Position numbers and translations under genes: made by a program. This document shows, one piece after another, positions 33,400-43,387 of a DNA stretch of 50,214 bases. Each line of letters begins with the position of its first letter. Position 1 is the first letter of the stretch. Origin of the DNA: a virus (taxonomy: Duplodnaviria > Caudoviricetes); the IMG/VR virus record IMGVR_UViG_3300019458_000045, positions 1 to 50,214 of that record; one strand, given 5' to 3'. The notes under the pieces are model-generated. The model saw only the letters and a list, made by a program, of their open reading frames with translations. It ran no database searches and was not told the origin of the DNA.

Positions 33400-35022
33400 A
33401 TGGATTTTATGACAGAAGCGATTGCGCTGCCCGACCTGATGTCCAAGCACGGGTACACCTACGCGGACTTCACCGAGGGCGAGCGCACCAGCATTTCCGA
33501 CCAGATCGGCAAACTGGTCGCGGCGGGCTACGGCAGCGACCAGGCCCTGGCTCGCGCCGTCAAGCATTGTGCCCCGTCCCGGACCCCCGTGGGCACCCCG
33601 GCCAAGGTCGGCGGTCAGTACGTCTGGTCCCGGAACGGCGACGGGACGTACAACATCTTCGACGTGCCGGTGTTCGTCAAGCACACCCGCAAGCTGGGGA
33701 TGCGGATGGTTGCCGACAAGGACGGGGAGCCCAAGGTCGTCGAGGAGACCATCGACATCGACGAGAAGTGGCTTAACCGCGCCTGCGAAGTCAACCAGCG
33801 CCGGTACTTCTCCGACAGCTATCTCGGGCCGCTGCACGTCCGTCACCACAAGCAGGACCCGAACGCCCAGGATCAGACCGAGGCGGCCGGTCACTTCCTG
33901 CTCAAGTACGTCAACGAGGTTTCGTACGACGGGGAGACGGTGCCCGTCCTGTTCGCAGACTTCTTGAGAATCCCGGCGGCCGTGTTCGAGCGGATCAAGG
34001 CCGGGCAACTCCCCTATCGCTCCATCGAGTCCCTCCCGCCCAAGTACGAGGAGATCGACTCCATCGCCCTCCTGGATACGGATACCCCGTGGTTCCGGCT
34101 GCCGCTGCTCGCGTTGGGCGCGGAGATCCAGCGGGAGGTGTACGCCGTCACGTCCGGTTCCAGCCTGGTTCGCGGATACGCCACGGCGGGCAAGGCGTGG
34201 GCCGCTCTTTGTTACGAGCACAGCGCGTCGTTCAGCGAGCGCAAGGACGAGGACGACGAGCCGGACAAGGATGAGGCTGGGGACAAGGGGGAGGCGGGCG
34301 ACAAGGACAAGATGAACGCTGGTGCTGGGTCCGAGAGCGACGAGTCCGACGTGGACGGTCTTTCGGACGACATGACTGACGAGAACGTTGAAGCTACCCT
34401 CGGAGGAGACACGATGAGCAAGATTCTGGAAGCCCTCCAGTCCCTCGCCAAGACGAACGAGTTGATTCTGGCGAGACTGGGCGGCGCTGTTCAGCCCCCG
34501 ACGCCGCAGGTTCCCGGGGCCCCCGTGGTCGAGACTGCCGGGGACAAGACCAAGACCGCCTCCTATGACGGTCGGCTGGCCGCCGTCGAGAGCATCCTCG
34601 CGGCCCAGCGCACGGAGGTCGATCTGCGCGGCAAGGTTAAGGCCCTGCTGGTGGACCTTGGCAAGCGGTTCAACCTCGGCTCGGACGCCGAGGAGCGCCT
34701 CTTCGCCAAGGCCCGCGAGTCCAAGGACCCGGACGCCGTTATCGCGGCGTACAAGGCCACCATCGAGGAGCACGGCACCCAGGTGCCTACCCCCTGGATT
34801 CCCGGGGTTCCTGCTTCCATCCTTCCCGCGTCCGGGACCGGACTGCCCGACGAGGTGAAGGAGTACCAGGCCAAGGGGCCGGAAGTCCTCGCCAAGGCGA
34901 TCAAGGCCAACGCCGCGTACGACGAGGCTAAGAAGGTCGGCCTCGTCTCCGGCGGCGTCACCCGCAAGGACTTCATCAAGTACAACATCGACCGCGACTT
35001 CTCGGCGCTTGTGACCGGGTAG
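33400..35022 (+). CDS. prohead protease / scaffold (Mu gpI-like)
   Basis: 'HVRHH', 'AAGH', 'IKAGQLPYRSIE', 'SIALL..P', then an acidic linker and a helical scaffold-like C-terminus. Confidence 0.7.
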   Translation: MDFMTEAIALPDLMSKHGYTYADFTEGERTSISDQIGKLVAAGYGSDQALARAVKHCAPSRTPVGTPAKVGGQYVWSRNGDGTYNIFDVPVFVKHTRKLGMRMVADKDGEPKVVEETIDIDEKWLNRACEVNQRRYFSDSYLGPLHVRHHKQDPNAQDQTEAAGHFLLKYVNEVSYDGETVPVLFADFLRIPAAVFERIKAGQLPYRSIESLPPKYEEIDSIALLDTDTPWFRLPLLALGAEIQREVYAVTSGSSLVRGYATAGKAWAALCYEHSASFSERKDEDDEPDKDEAGDKGEAGDKDKMNAGAGSESDESDVDGLSDDMTDENVEATLGGDTMSKILEALQSLAKTNELILARLGGAVQPPTPQVPGAPVVETAGDKTKTASYDGRLAAVESILAAQRTEVDLRGKVKALLVDLGKRFNLGSDAEERLFAKARESKDPDAVIAAYKATIEEHGTQVPTPWIPGVPASILPASGTGLPDEVKEYQAKGPEVLAKAIKANAAYDEAKKVGLVSGGVTRKDFIKYNIDRDFSALVTG

Positions 35023-35040
35023 TTGGTAAAGGAGTAGAAC

Positions 35041-35877
35041 ATGGCGCTTTCCGCGAACGCAAACTACACGATCAAGGACCCGCGTACCTACGCCATCGAG
35101 GCCGTTGACGCGGCCGAGATCTACAACGGGTCGCTGCTCATGATGGGCAGCCGTAGCCACGGCACGGCCGGTGTCATCGGCCGCATCCGGGCGTGGAACG
35201 ACGAGGTTGGGGCGATCCCGATGGGATTCTCGTCCCGCCGGACCACGGGCAATACGACCAACCAGGTGCTTGCCGAGGTTGATCTCCAGGCCCGCGTGCT
35301 GTCCAACGTCGCCGTGACCGGGCTGGCCGGTACCAATGCCGACCGGGGCCGCGTGGTCTACGCCACGGACGACAACACGTTCACCCTGACCCGGCCGACC
35401 CTCGGCCATCCGGTGGGCATCGTGGTCCGTGACCGCTCGGCCACGAACGCCGACGTGTACTTCTTCGACTTCGGGACGCTCTGCGCCATCGGCTTCGCCG
35501 GGGCGGGGCGGCACTCGTGGTTGGTCGGCATCGTGAACGGCGTCGTCTCCACGGGCAATCACGCGACAGGCATCGTGGCTCCTTGCCACGGACGCATCCT
35601 GTCCACCTACGGCATCGTGTTCGAGCCGCAGACGGACGGGGACGCCACCGGCACGATCAACCTTGAGATCGGCGGGACGAACGTTACCGGAGGCGTCATC
35701 ACGTTCGCCACGGCGGACGCCCTGGGTGCCAATAAGGCTGGCACGGCGGTCACCGGAGCCAACGTGTTCCACGAGGGTGACCTTATCGACATCGAGTGTA
35801 CGGAAGGCACGGCGGGCGCGGCTGCGGACGGCTACATGGCCGTTTACGCCGACGTCCTGATCGAGCCTGGGCTGTAA
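35041..35877 (+). CDS. capsid decoration/cement protein
   Basis: 'MALSAN', 'GRVVYATDDNTFTLT', 'VGIVV'; lies between scaffold and major capsid genes. Confidence 0.65.
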   Translation: MALSANANYTIKDPRTYAIEAVDAAEIYNGSLLMMGSRSHGTAGVIGRIRAWNDEVGAIPMGFSSRRTTGNTTNQVLAEVDLQARVLSNVAVTGLAGTNADRGRVVYATDDNTFTLTRPTLGHPVGIVVRDRSATNADVYFFDFGTLCAIGFAGAGRHSWLVGIVNGVVSTGNHATGIVAPCHGRILSTYGIVFEPQTDGDATGTINLEIGGTNVTGGVITFATADALGANKAGTAVTGANVFHEGDLIDIECTEGTAGAAADGYMAVYADVLIEPGL

Positions 35878-35900
35878 TCTTGACGGTGAAGGAGTAGACT

Positions 35901-36884
35901 ATGGCGCTCAATCCCATCCAGGCCAATCAGGTCCTCACCGCAGGACTACAGGCCAACTTCGCGCACACGTACGCGGCTTCGGCTCGTGCGAACCGCGAGA
36001 AGCTGGCCAAGGTCATGTCCATGGGCGAGGCTGCCGGGGCCAGGGTGACGCCGCTCGGCTATTTCCAGTCGGCGGTTTACCCGGAGCATTGGCCGTACGG
36101 CGATCCCATCCCCGAGGGGACGCACGACTCCGTGTCGTACAACGTCACGATCCGCCGCTGGGCCAAGCGGATCAAGTGGAACCGTGACGACGTTACGGAC
36201 GAGCAGACGCATACCCTCAAGCAGCGTGCCCTCCAGCTTGGAGAGCACTTCGGAACCCTGCACGAGCGGGTGTTCTTCCAGCTTCTCCAGGCGACGGTGG
36301 ACGCGGCCCTTCTCCCCGGTCCCCTCCCCAACGCCCCGGACGGCGCGGCGTTCTTCGCCACCGCGGCGGGGGGCGTCAACCGCTTCGGCGTTGCCAGCGG
36401 CAACCTCCTGACTGGGAACGGCGTGGCTGACATCGCCTCGATCCAGCGCGACTACTACAGGGCGATCACTCAGTTCACGCGAATGACGGACACCCAGGGC
36501 CAGCCCCTCCACAACCCCGGGGACTCCGACCGTGGCGTGTGCGTCATCTTCAACACGGCGAACAAGGAGATCTTCGAGAGGGCGTTCCACGGCTCCCTGG
36601 TCCAGGGCATCGCGGCCGGGATCTCCAACATTGTCCTCGACACCCGCAAGGGCGTGGACCTGTGGGAGACCCAGCGCGTCACGACCGACGACTGGTTCAC
36701 GTTCATGACGGGCGATCCCCTCAAGGCCACGGCCCAGTTCGACAAGGAGGGCCTTGAGACGACCGAGGCCGACTGGTCGAACAGCGACGAGGCCCGGACG
36801 CTCGATCACGGGTACTTCCAGGCCAAGGCCCGATACGGGTACGTCATCAACCTTCCCTATCAGGCTCTCCAGGTCAACAACTAG
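35901..36884 (+). CDS. major capsid protein (Mu gpT-like)
   Basis: 327 aa with AAGGAG RBS; 'YNVTIRRW...RDDVTDEQ', 'VFFQLL', 'DGAAFFATA', 'ARYG'. Confidence 0.8.
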   Translation: MALNPIQANQVLTAGLQANFAHTYAASARANREKLAKVMSMGEAAGARVTPLGYFQSAVYPEHWPYGDPIPEGTHDSVSYNVTIRRWAKRIKWNRDDVTDEQTHTLKQRALQLGEHFGTLHERVFFQLLQATVDAALLPGPLPNAPDGAAFFATAAGGVNRFGVASGNLLTGNGVADIASIQRDYYRAITQFTRMTDTQGQPLHNPGDSDRGVCVIFNTANKEIFERAFHGSLVQGIAAGISNIVLDTRKGVDLWETQRVTTDDWFTFMTGDPLKATAQFDKEGLETTEADWSNSDEARTLDHGYFQAKARYGYVINLPYQALQVNN

Positions 36885-36897
36885 GCGTGCGCGTTTC

Positions 36898-36954
36898 TGG
36901 CCCGCAGGATCACCTTGGGCGGCTGGTCCTGCGGGCCACCCGTTTGACGGTTTT
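36898..36954 (+). terminator. strong hairpin after the major capsid gene (terminator or processing site)
   Basis: TGGCCCGCAGGATCA pairs with TGGTCCTGCGGGCCA (15 bp); the U-tract is weak. Confidence 0.55.
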
Positions 36955-36967
36955 AGGAGGCACCTAA

Positions 36968-37531
36968 ATGAGCGAGACCAAGCCGCAGGGCAACCCCTAC
37001 GATCTGCCCGTTTTCACAGAGCAGGAGGAGCGCAAGGCGTATTGGCTGGGCACTCTTCCCACGCTGCCCCAGTACAACTGCGCCATCGGCGGCATCCAGT
37101 TCCACCGCTTCACCGATCCACCCGTGGGCACGGACCCCGACTCTGGGGCCACCCAGCGGGCGTACGCCAAGGGCTGCGTCGAACTCCTGACCAGGCCCCA
37201 GGTGGATCACATCATGGCTTCGATGAAGGACTGCGTTGTCCGGTTCCACGGCAGTTCCGGGCGCGGCTCCATCCACAAGCGGTCGGCCCGATACTACACC
37301 CGCGAGCGCGAAGATCAGCCCATCGCCATGCACCTCTACATGACGCCTCTCTCCGAGGCCACGATGGTTCTCCGCGAGAACCCGAAGGCCGAGTATCCAC
37401 CGTCCGTGTATTCGGCGGCGGGCGGCGTGGAGCGTCCCCGGGTTCCCGTCCGGGACCCCTGGGTCCCCGAGGTGGCACCGGGCATCGAGGATCTCGACCG
37501 CGAGCCGGTTCTTGCCGGGAAGGGACGCTAA
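36968..37531 (+). CDS. hypothetical protein
   Basis: AGGAGG RBS, 187 aa. Confidence 0.65.
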   Translation: MSETKPQGNPYDLPVFTEQEERKAYWLGTLPTLPQYNCAIGGIQFHRFTDPPVGTDPDSGATQRAYAKGCVELLTRPQVDHIMASMKDCVVRFHGSSGRGSIHKRSARYYTREREDQPIAMHLYMTPLSEATMVLRENPKAEYPPSVYSAAGGVERPRVPVRDPWVPEVAPGIEDLDREPVLAGKGR

Positions 37532-37540
37532 CGGTGATGC

Positions 37541-38824
37541 GTGGCCAGTCCCACTAGGGCCGAGGTCGAGACTCAGTGGAAGAACGCCACCGAACTCATT
37601 GAGGAAACCCGGAAGTTCGGGAACGTCAACGCCGAGAACTGGGTAAGCAAAGAGGACACCCTCGTCCAATCGGTGGAGAGCGATTGGGCCGACGACGCTC
37701 TGAGCGCCACGGCACGTTCGCGTGCCCTGCTCGCCTCCATCCTCACGAACGCCAACGCGGCCTCCATGCAGGTGCCCCACCTCCGGGCGTACGTGCGCCA
37801 CGTCATCAACTCACCCGAGTTGACCGACCCACAGGCCATGTTCGACCGTCTGTATCTGTACATGCATGACAACGGCCTGACGGTGAATTCCAGGGGATTC
37901 ACCTTCGGCAGCCCGGCGGCCGGTGGCGGGAACGCCGGAAACGGGACCATCCTGCGCCTCACAAAGGACGCCTACAACTACGACCTTGAGGCTCAGCACG
38001 CGGACGCCAAGACGGCGACGTGCGTAGACGACGCGAACACCCTTACCGCCCGGCACGAGGAGGCGTTCGAGTTCCGTGGGGGGGCTCCCGGCCGGGACGC
38101 CCTTCAGGTCACCGGGTCGAGTCGCGTGCAGCGGATTTCAGCCCTGTCCGCCCGCCAATCCCTGCTTCTCAACCCCAGCTTCAGCCAGATTTCCGGCACG
38201 ATCTCCGCGCCCACGGACATCACGTCCTGGACGAGTTCGGTGACGGTGAACGGGACCAACTACACGCTTGACGAGACCAATTTCTACCGGGACTTCCAGG
38301 GGGACACGACTCCCCGGGCGCTGAACATCCGGGTCACCGCCAACCTGACCCAGCGAATCTCGGTCGGCAACTTCAAGCTGCGCCACGACGTCCCGTATAT
38401 GTTGCGGGTGCCGTGGAACCGGCAGGTCGGGTCCGCGTCCGGCACGCTGCTTATTCGCCAGGGAGCGGTGAGCAACTCCGTTGCCGTCGCCGCACAGACG
38501 GGATGGCAGCTCCTCTACGTCGTCGCCTCACCGTCGCAGAACAACTGGTACCGACAGTTCGACGAGCAGAACTTGGACGTCGCCATCGAGTGGACGCGGA
38601 CGGGCGGCGAATTGCTTATCGACGACGTGCTTCTCGTTCCGGCGACCAACTTCGACGGTTCCTGGTACTGGGTGCTCGGCGGGTCCACACCCTTCCTGCG
38701 GGACGACGTGTTCACTTGGTCCGACACCGAGGGCGGGGCCATTCTTCAGACCTGGTTCTGGCGGGCCTTCGGCCGCTACGCCCCCTCCAACAATGCCGGG
38801 GGGGAAACCTGGACCGACCCATAA
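37541..38824 (+). CDS. virion structural protein
   Basis: 427 aa; 'GNAGNGT', 'LLLNPSF', 'LLIDDV' suggest a carbohydrate-binding-like sandwich. Confidence 0.55.
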   Translation: MASPTRAEVETQWKNATELIEETRKFGNVNAENWVSKEDTLVQSVESDWADDALSATARSRALLASILTNANAASMQVPHLRAYVRHVINSPELTDPQAMFDRLYLYMHDNGLTVNSRGFTFGSPAAGGGNAGNGTILRLTKDAYNYDLEAQHADAKTATCVDDANTLTARHEEAFEFRGGAPGRDALQVTGSSRVQRISALSARQSLLLNPSFSQISGTISAPTDITSWTSSVTVNGTNYTLDETNFYRDFQGDTTPRALNIRVTANLTQRISVGNFKLRHDVPYMLRVPWNRQVGSASGTLLIRQGAVSNSVAVAAQTGWQLLYVVASPSQNNWYRQFDEQNLDVAIEWTRTGGELLIDDVLLVPATNFDGSWYWVLGGSTPFLRDDVFTWSDTEGGAILQTWFWRAFGRYAPSNNAGGETWTDP

Positions 38825-38834
38825 AGGAAACGAC

Positions 38835-39161
38835 ATGGCCAGCCGCAGCAGATTCCTTCGCGTTGCTCCCGGGACCGCCTATACGGCGGGCCAGGACGTC
38901 GGGGGCAACCCCAATACGCTCACGCCCCGCCTCAACTGCGAATTGGACATCGAGGTGGCGGTCAGCGCCGCCACGATCCTGTACGAGCGGCTGAACTCGG
39001 TCAATCTGGAGTTGAACGACGGCGTGCCCCTCTCTGCGGATCGGGTGTACAGGTTCACCATCCTTGGGGGACCGGCGGATACCATTTCCTTCCGGTTCGC
39101 TGATTCGGTGACCCTCCGAAAGTTTGTGGTGGACGAGGTGTTTGAAGGGAGTGCGTCCTAA
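38835..39161 (+). CDS. small virion protein
   Basis: AAGGA RBS; beta-rich; resembles 39646..39987 ('LNDG...L', 'DT..F', 'RK'). Confidence 0.55.
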   Translation: MASRSRFLRVAPGTAYTAGQDVGGNPNTLTPRLNCELDIEVAVSAATILYERLNSVNLELNDGVPLSADRVYRFTILGGPADTISFRFADSVTLRKFVVDEVFEGSAS

Positions 39162-39646
39162 TGGCTCTCCCCCAGGGCAACGGCAAGGTTCTCGACCTTC
39201 ACGGGATGTCCCGCCTTCGTCAGACCATTGATGGCGAACTCGCGGCGTGGAACACGGTGGCCCAGCATGAGGCGTTTACCGTCACCGGGGTTGTTGAGGT
39301 GTTTAGCATCATCGACGTGACCGAGACGGTGGCGTCCGCCGGGGCGGCTGAAATCTCCTTCGGCCGCGAGGGGGACACGGATGCGTACGCGGCGGCCCAG
39401 GTGGTGACCGGCTTGACTGCCGGTCAGTTGGTAAATCCCGGCGGGACCGTCATCACGGCTCGCGGGTTGGACGCCTACCAGGCGGCAGGCGCGGCCCTGC
39501 CTATCCACCACGTCATCGCGGACCTGGACATCGGCTATGAGGTCACGGTGGCCGCGCTCAACAACGGCTTGATCGACTGGTATCTTTGGTGGAGGCCGCT
39601 ATCCGACGATGGCCGGGTGGTCCTCGGCACGGGGGCGGCGTTCTAA
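39161..39646 (+). CDS. small virion protein
   Basis: TAATG coupling; 'LWWRPLSDDGRV'. Confidence 0.55.
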   Translation: MALPQGNGKVLDLHGMSRLRQTIDGELAAWNTVAQHEAFTVTGVVEVFSIIDVTETVASAGAAEISFGREGDTDAYAAAQVVTGLTAGQLVNPGGTVITARGLDAYQAAGAALPIHHVIADLDIGYEVTVAALNNGLIDWYLWWRPLSDDGRVVLGTGAAF

Positions 39647-39987
39647 TGGCACTCGTAGGGTACACGCTCAGGTCGGACGGCCACAACATCGCCGCGCCCG
39701 GGGCGAACACGAACATCCTGACCACGGGGATCACCCCGAACCGGAACGGCAAGATGCGGGTGGCCGTGGTCCTGGCGACCACCAGCGTGTTCAACGTGAC
39801 CTTCACCCGGGGAGCGACCACGTTCACCTGCGGGCTGAACGACAGCGTGGCCCTGCCTTCCGGGGACTTGAAGGAGTTCGAGTTCAGCGTTTCCACCTCG
39901 GACACCGTGAACTTCCAAGTGGAGACGGATGGCATCATCCGAAAGTTGCAGGTAGGTGAAGTCATCGACGGGGTTCAGGGCGCGTAA
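39646..39987 (+). CDS. small virion protein
   Basis: TAATG coupling; beta-rich. Confidence 0.55.
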   Translation: MALVGYTLRSDGHNIAAPGANTNILTTGITPNRNGKMRVAVVLATTSVFNVTFTRGATTFTCGLNDSVALPSGDLKEFEFSVSTSDTVNFQVETDGIIRKLQVGEVIDGVQGA

Positions 39988-40445
39988 TGGCCCTTATTGA
40001 TCGCGTCCAGGAGCGCGTCTCCTCCTCGCTGCTCGAGGCCCTGACCAACCCCGACGAGCCAGAGACTTCCTCCGTGGATACGACCTACTTGCAGCGCGTG
40101 TGCGACGACGTGGAGGTGGGGGAGTTCGTCGCCTGGATGAACGAGTCCTACGACGAGGCCATCCGCCTCCACATCCTGGCGGCCATCGCCCTTGTCCGGC
40201 TGAAGCTGATCGAGTTCGGCGCGGCCCCGGGGTCGGCCGAGGAGAAGCTGGTCGCCCGCCTGGAAAAGACCGTCGAGCGGTACAGACACATCCGCGCCCG
40301 GGACCGGATCGCCCCGCAGTCGTCGTCGGAACTCACGCCCTCCGTCGAGGTGGAGCAGGGAGAAACCATACGCCCGGCGTTCGACGACCGATACTTCGAG
40401 GACATGACGCCGGAGGCCCCTCCTTTCCGAACAGAGTTGGACTAG
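39987..40445 (+). CDS. head-tail adaptor (Mu gp36-like)
   Basis: 'L..R.....LEALT......VDT..L' N-terminus and gene position. Confidence 0.5.
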   Translation: MALIDRVQERVSSSLLEALTNPDEPETSSVDTTYLQRVCDDVEVGEFVAWMNESYDEAIRLHILAAIALVRLKLIEFGAAPGSAEEKLVARLEKTVERYRHIRARDRIAPQSSSELTPSVEVEQGETIRPAFDDRYFEDMTPEAPPFRTELD

Positions 40446-41032
40446 TGGCGGCGGGCGACGGCGTTGAAGTCGTCAAGGGCTCTCGAATCCGGCTCATTGA
40501 GAACAGGCTGGCCGACCCGACCGTAATCCTCAAGCGCATCGGCGTCCTTGCAACTTCCCGGTCCCAGCGACGGATCAAGGACCAGGAGGACATCTACGGA
40601 AAGACCTGGCCCCCGAGAATGACGCCGGACATTCCCGGCATCCTCCGGGACATGGAGACCGGGAGCCGGATAAAGCCGTCCCGTTTGGTTTCGGGGGACG
40701 CGCTCAAGGACACCGGCCGGTTGTGGCAGTCGATAAGCTGGCAGGTCATCAGCAGAGACACGGTGGAGATCGGGACCAACATACCCTACGCCTCCCTTCA
40801 CCAGTTCGGCATCCCCCACGCCGTGCCCGTGTCGTCCGCCGCCAAGATGAACCTGTCCGCGTGGCTGTCCACGACGGTCGGTCTACCGTTCCGGCCGATG
40901 TTCGAGTGGCTGCTGTTCGTGGATGAGTTCGAGATCACCCCGATCCAGCGGGAATTCATCGGCCTCTCTGACCAGGACGTGGCGGACATCCAGGCTATGA
41001 TCCTGGACTCCCTGCTGGGCCGGAGGGCGTAG
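40445..41032 (+). CDS. virion morphogenesis / tail completion protein (Mu gpG-like)
   Basis: 'LKDTGRLWQSI', 'VEIGTNIPYASLHQFG', 'I.QREFIGLS'. Confidence 0.85.
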   Translation: MAAGDGVEVVKGSRIRLIENRLADPTVILKRIGVLATSRSQRRIKDQEDIYGKTWPPRMTPDIPGILRDMETGSRIKPSRLVSGDALKDTGRLWQSISWQVISRDTVEIGTNIPYASLHQFGIPHAVPVSSAAKMNLSAWLSTTVGLPFRPMFEWLLFVDEFEITPIQREFIGLSDQDVADIQAMILDSLLGRRA

Positions 41033-41146
41033 TGCAGGTCACCGTGGTCTTGATGGAGGATTGCCACGCCGATTGGCACGACGATTGTGCTGGATTTTTG
41101 CGGGACGATCTGGTAGTATACCTCTGCTATTGCCTCTGCCACGCCC

Positions 41147-41707
41147 ATGTCGAAGCCGAACGTTCGTGACATCCTGACGGTTCCCGGGCGGCTGTCGGTA
41201 GGACCGACAGACCTGCTGGCCCCGTATCCCCATGGGGGCACGGCCCTGGGCATCGTCTTGGAAACCGTCCTGATTCTGGACGTTCCCTACCAGTCGATCA
41301 TCGCTGAGGAATACGGCGAGCGCGTGGAGGGCATCGTGACCGGCCAGGGATGCGCCCTGGGGTTCCTCCTTCGCGGGTGGGACTTCGATACGCTTGACTT
41401 GATCTTCCCGAACGTCGCGGCTGGGGCGGCCAGCGGACGTGCCCGCATTTCCGCCCCGGGGACGATCCGTCCGGGAGAGCCCATGAGCAACCGCTCCGTC
41501 GTCCTTCTCTTCACCCCGGACGACATCGACCGCCACCCCATGTTCCTGATGCGCCGGGCTCTCCCGGCCGTCCGCGAGACGGCCGAGATCGCCCTTCGCC
41601 TGGACCAGGAGTACGGCGTCCCGGCCATCTTCGTGGGCATCCGGGACACCAGCGGCCGATTGTATGAGGTCGGCTTGGCCCACGACCTACAACCCGTGCT
41701 TGCATGA
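41147..41707 (+). CDS. putative tail tube-like protein
   Basis: 186 aa with 'PGRLSVG', 'ALG', a beta-strand pattern and 'F.GIRD'; first gene of the tail block. Confidence 0.45.
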   Translation: MSKPNVRDILTVPGRLSVGPTDLLAPYPHGGTALGIVLETVLILDVPYQSIIAEEYGERVEGIVTGQGCALGFLLRGWDFDTLDLIFPNVAAGAASGRARISAPGTIRPGEPMSNRSVVLLFTPDDIDRHPMFLMRRALPAVRETAEIALRLDQEYGVPAIFVGIRDTSGRLYEVGLAHDLQPVLA

Positions 41708-42039
41708 TCTTCCTGTCCAAGTTCCAGTCTCCAGAGTTCGACGAGGCCGCCGTCCAGGCTATCGCCCGCGAAGTGGAGCGGTTCGTCCGGGCGGGCGGCA
41801 CCTTCCTGCCTGAGCATTGGGACCGGATGTCCCCCGTGGAGCAGGAGGCCCTGATCCGGGCTCGCCGGGCCGTGGACGTGGAACGGGCCATCCTGTCGGC
41901 CCGGGTCCAGGCCGTGGAGTCGCCGGAGGATCTCCTGGGCGTGGTCCAGTCGGTGGACCCCGCGACGGCAGCCACGGCTCACCTGACCATGGCTACCCGC
42001 AAGGCGGTGGATCGGCTACAGCAGGCCCCCGTGCGATGA
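41704..42039 (+). CDS. hypothetical protein (tail chaperone position)
   Basis: ATGA coupling; helical, 111 aa. Confidence 0.45.
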   Translation: MIFLSKFQSPEFDEAAVQAIAREVERFVRAGGTFLPEHWDRMSPVEQEALIRARRAVDVERAILSARVQAVESPEDLLGVVQSVDPATAATAHLTMATRKAVDRLQQAPVR

Positions 42040-42863
42040 ACAGTTATCAACTGTCCAAGCAGTTCCGGTACAAGCTGCGGGCCCTGGAGTGGCCTGACCA
42101 GGAATACTCCACGGGCGACGTCGTGTTCGGCTCGGTTCACGTCACGAACGGGGTCCCCGAGGAGCAGTATCCATTCATGAAGTTCCCGGCCATCCTGATC
42201 GCGGTCAATGAGGCTGATTCCGACGAGCAGAAGCCCGACTACCTCAAGCAGACGTTCACCCTTACGTACGTGGCCCAGGTGGCCGGGGATCTTCGTGGAG
42301 AGGGCGTCCTGCTCGGGGCCAATCGGGTCGGGGCCGCCCTGTCGTCCAAGGGCCGTGGCCTGCTTGAGATCGAGGAGGAGGTGTCCCGCCTGGTCCGCCA
42401 GATCCAGGAGGATACCGGCGTGAAGATCCTCTCCCGCCGCCGGTCCACGGTAGGCGTCGGCGTCATCGACAACATGGGTTACGTCGCGGCTCGCTCCATG
42501 GTGATTGAGGCCCGTTGCACGGACGCCCGATACTACCACCCGCCCCAGCGGGTGCGGCTCGCGTCCACCAAGGACAACCGGGTGACCGTCACCTGGGAGG
42601 ACCCACCGGATAGATACGACGGGGTGGGACGATCCATCTACGTCCGGTATCTGGTGGGCGATACGCCCCCGACGTCCATCAACGATGGCCTGTCGGCCGG
42701 GTCTGTGGCCCGGGGCGTTCAATCTTTGGCCCACGATGCCGGGTCCGGCGTCCGAAGCTACTCCGTGTTCGCCGCCTATACGGATACCGGCGCGGCGGCG
42801 GATGAGCGCTACAGCGAGGGTCCCGTGACGGAGGATGGCGTCAGCGCCACGATTACGGTCTAA
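42036..42863 (+). CDS. tail terminator-like protein with C-terminal FN3-like domain
   Basis: 'KFPAILI', 'GLLEIEEEV', then 'PP..V.......VTVTWEDP...YSVFA'. Confidence 0.45.
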   Translation: MNSYQLSKQFRYKLRALEWPDQEYSTGDVVFGSVHVTNGVPEEQYPFMKFPAILIAVNEADSDEQKPDYLKQTFTLTYVAQVAGDLRGEGVLLGANRVGAALSSKGRGLLEIEEEVSRLVRQIQEDTGVKILSRRRSTVGVGVIDNMGYVAARSMVIEARCTDARYYHPPQRVRLASTKDNRVTVTWEDPPDRYDGVGRSIYVRYLVGDTPPTSINDGLSAGSVARGVQSLAHDAGSGVRSYSVFAAYTDTGAAADERYSEGPVTEDGVSATITV

Positions 42864-43387
42864 TGGTCGTCCCCGCGCAAAACGAACTGTACATCCGCGT
42901 CCGGCTGGACGGGACGTCGGCCAAGAAGGAAATGGACAAGGTGGGCATGGAAGCCACCAAGATGGCCCGCGTCCTGCCCCGTATATTGGCGGCCACGCTT
43001 GGATATTTTTACGGGGGGATCGCCCAGGAAGCCGGAGCGGCCATGCAGCAGTTTGGGACGGCGGCTGGGCTTAGTTCCCCGCTTGGCCAGAACGCCGCCC
43101 AGTTTTGGCGCAAGTTCGGGGCTGAGGCCACGGCCACTGAACGTACGGTTGAAATGTTCGGCTACGCCGGGGCCAAGGCCGACAAGGGCCAGGTGCTTCA
43201 AGCCTACCACGTATTCCGTGAAATGGAGCAGCTTAGGGCCGCGTCCAAGACGAACGTGGAGTCCATTATCGGGGAATACCGGGTAGACGCCTCCCTCAAA
43301 GAGGCCATCATAAGCGGCAGCTACGCCACGAGAAACATTTGGTCCGTGCTTAAAGAACTCGGAAACTACGTACCGAGGTTTCGATAA
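42863..43387 (+). CDS. short helical protein in the tape-measure position
   Basis: 'ELYIRVRLDGTSAKKEMDKV' resembles a TMP start; only 174 aa. Confidence 0.4.
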   Translation: MVVPAQNELYIRVRLDGTSAKKEMDKVGMEATKMARVLPRILAATLGYFYGGIAQEAGAAMQQFGTAAGLSSPLGQNAAQFWRKFGAEATATERTVEMFGYAGAKADKGQVLQAYHVFREMEQLRAASKTNVESIIGEYRVDASLKEAIISGSYATRNIWSVLKELGNYVPRFR

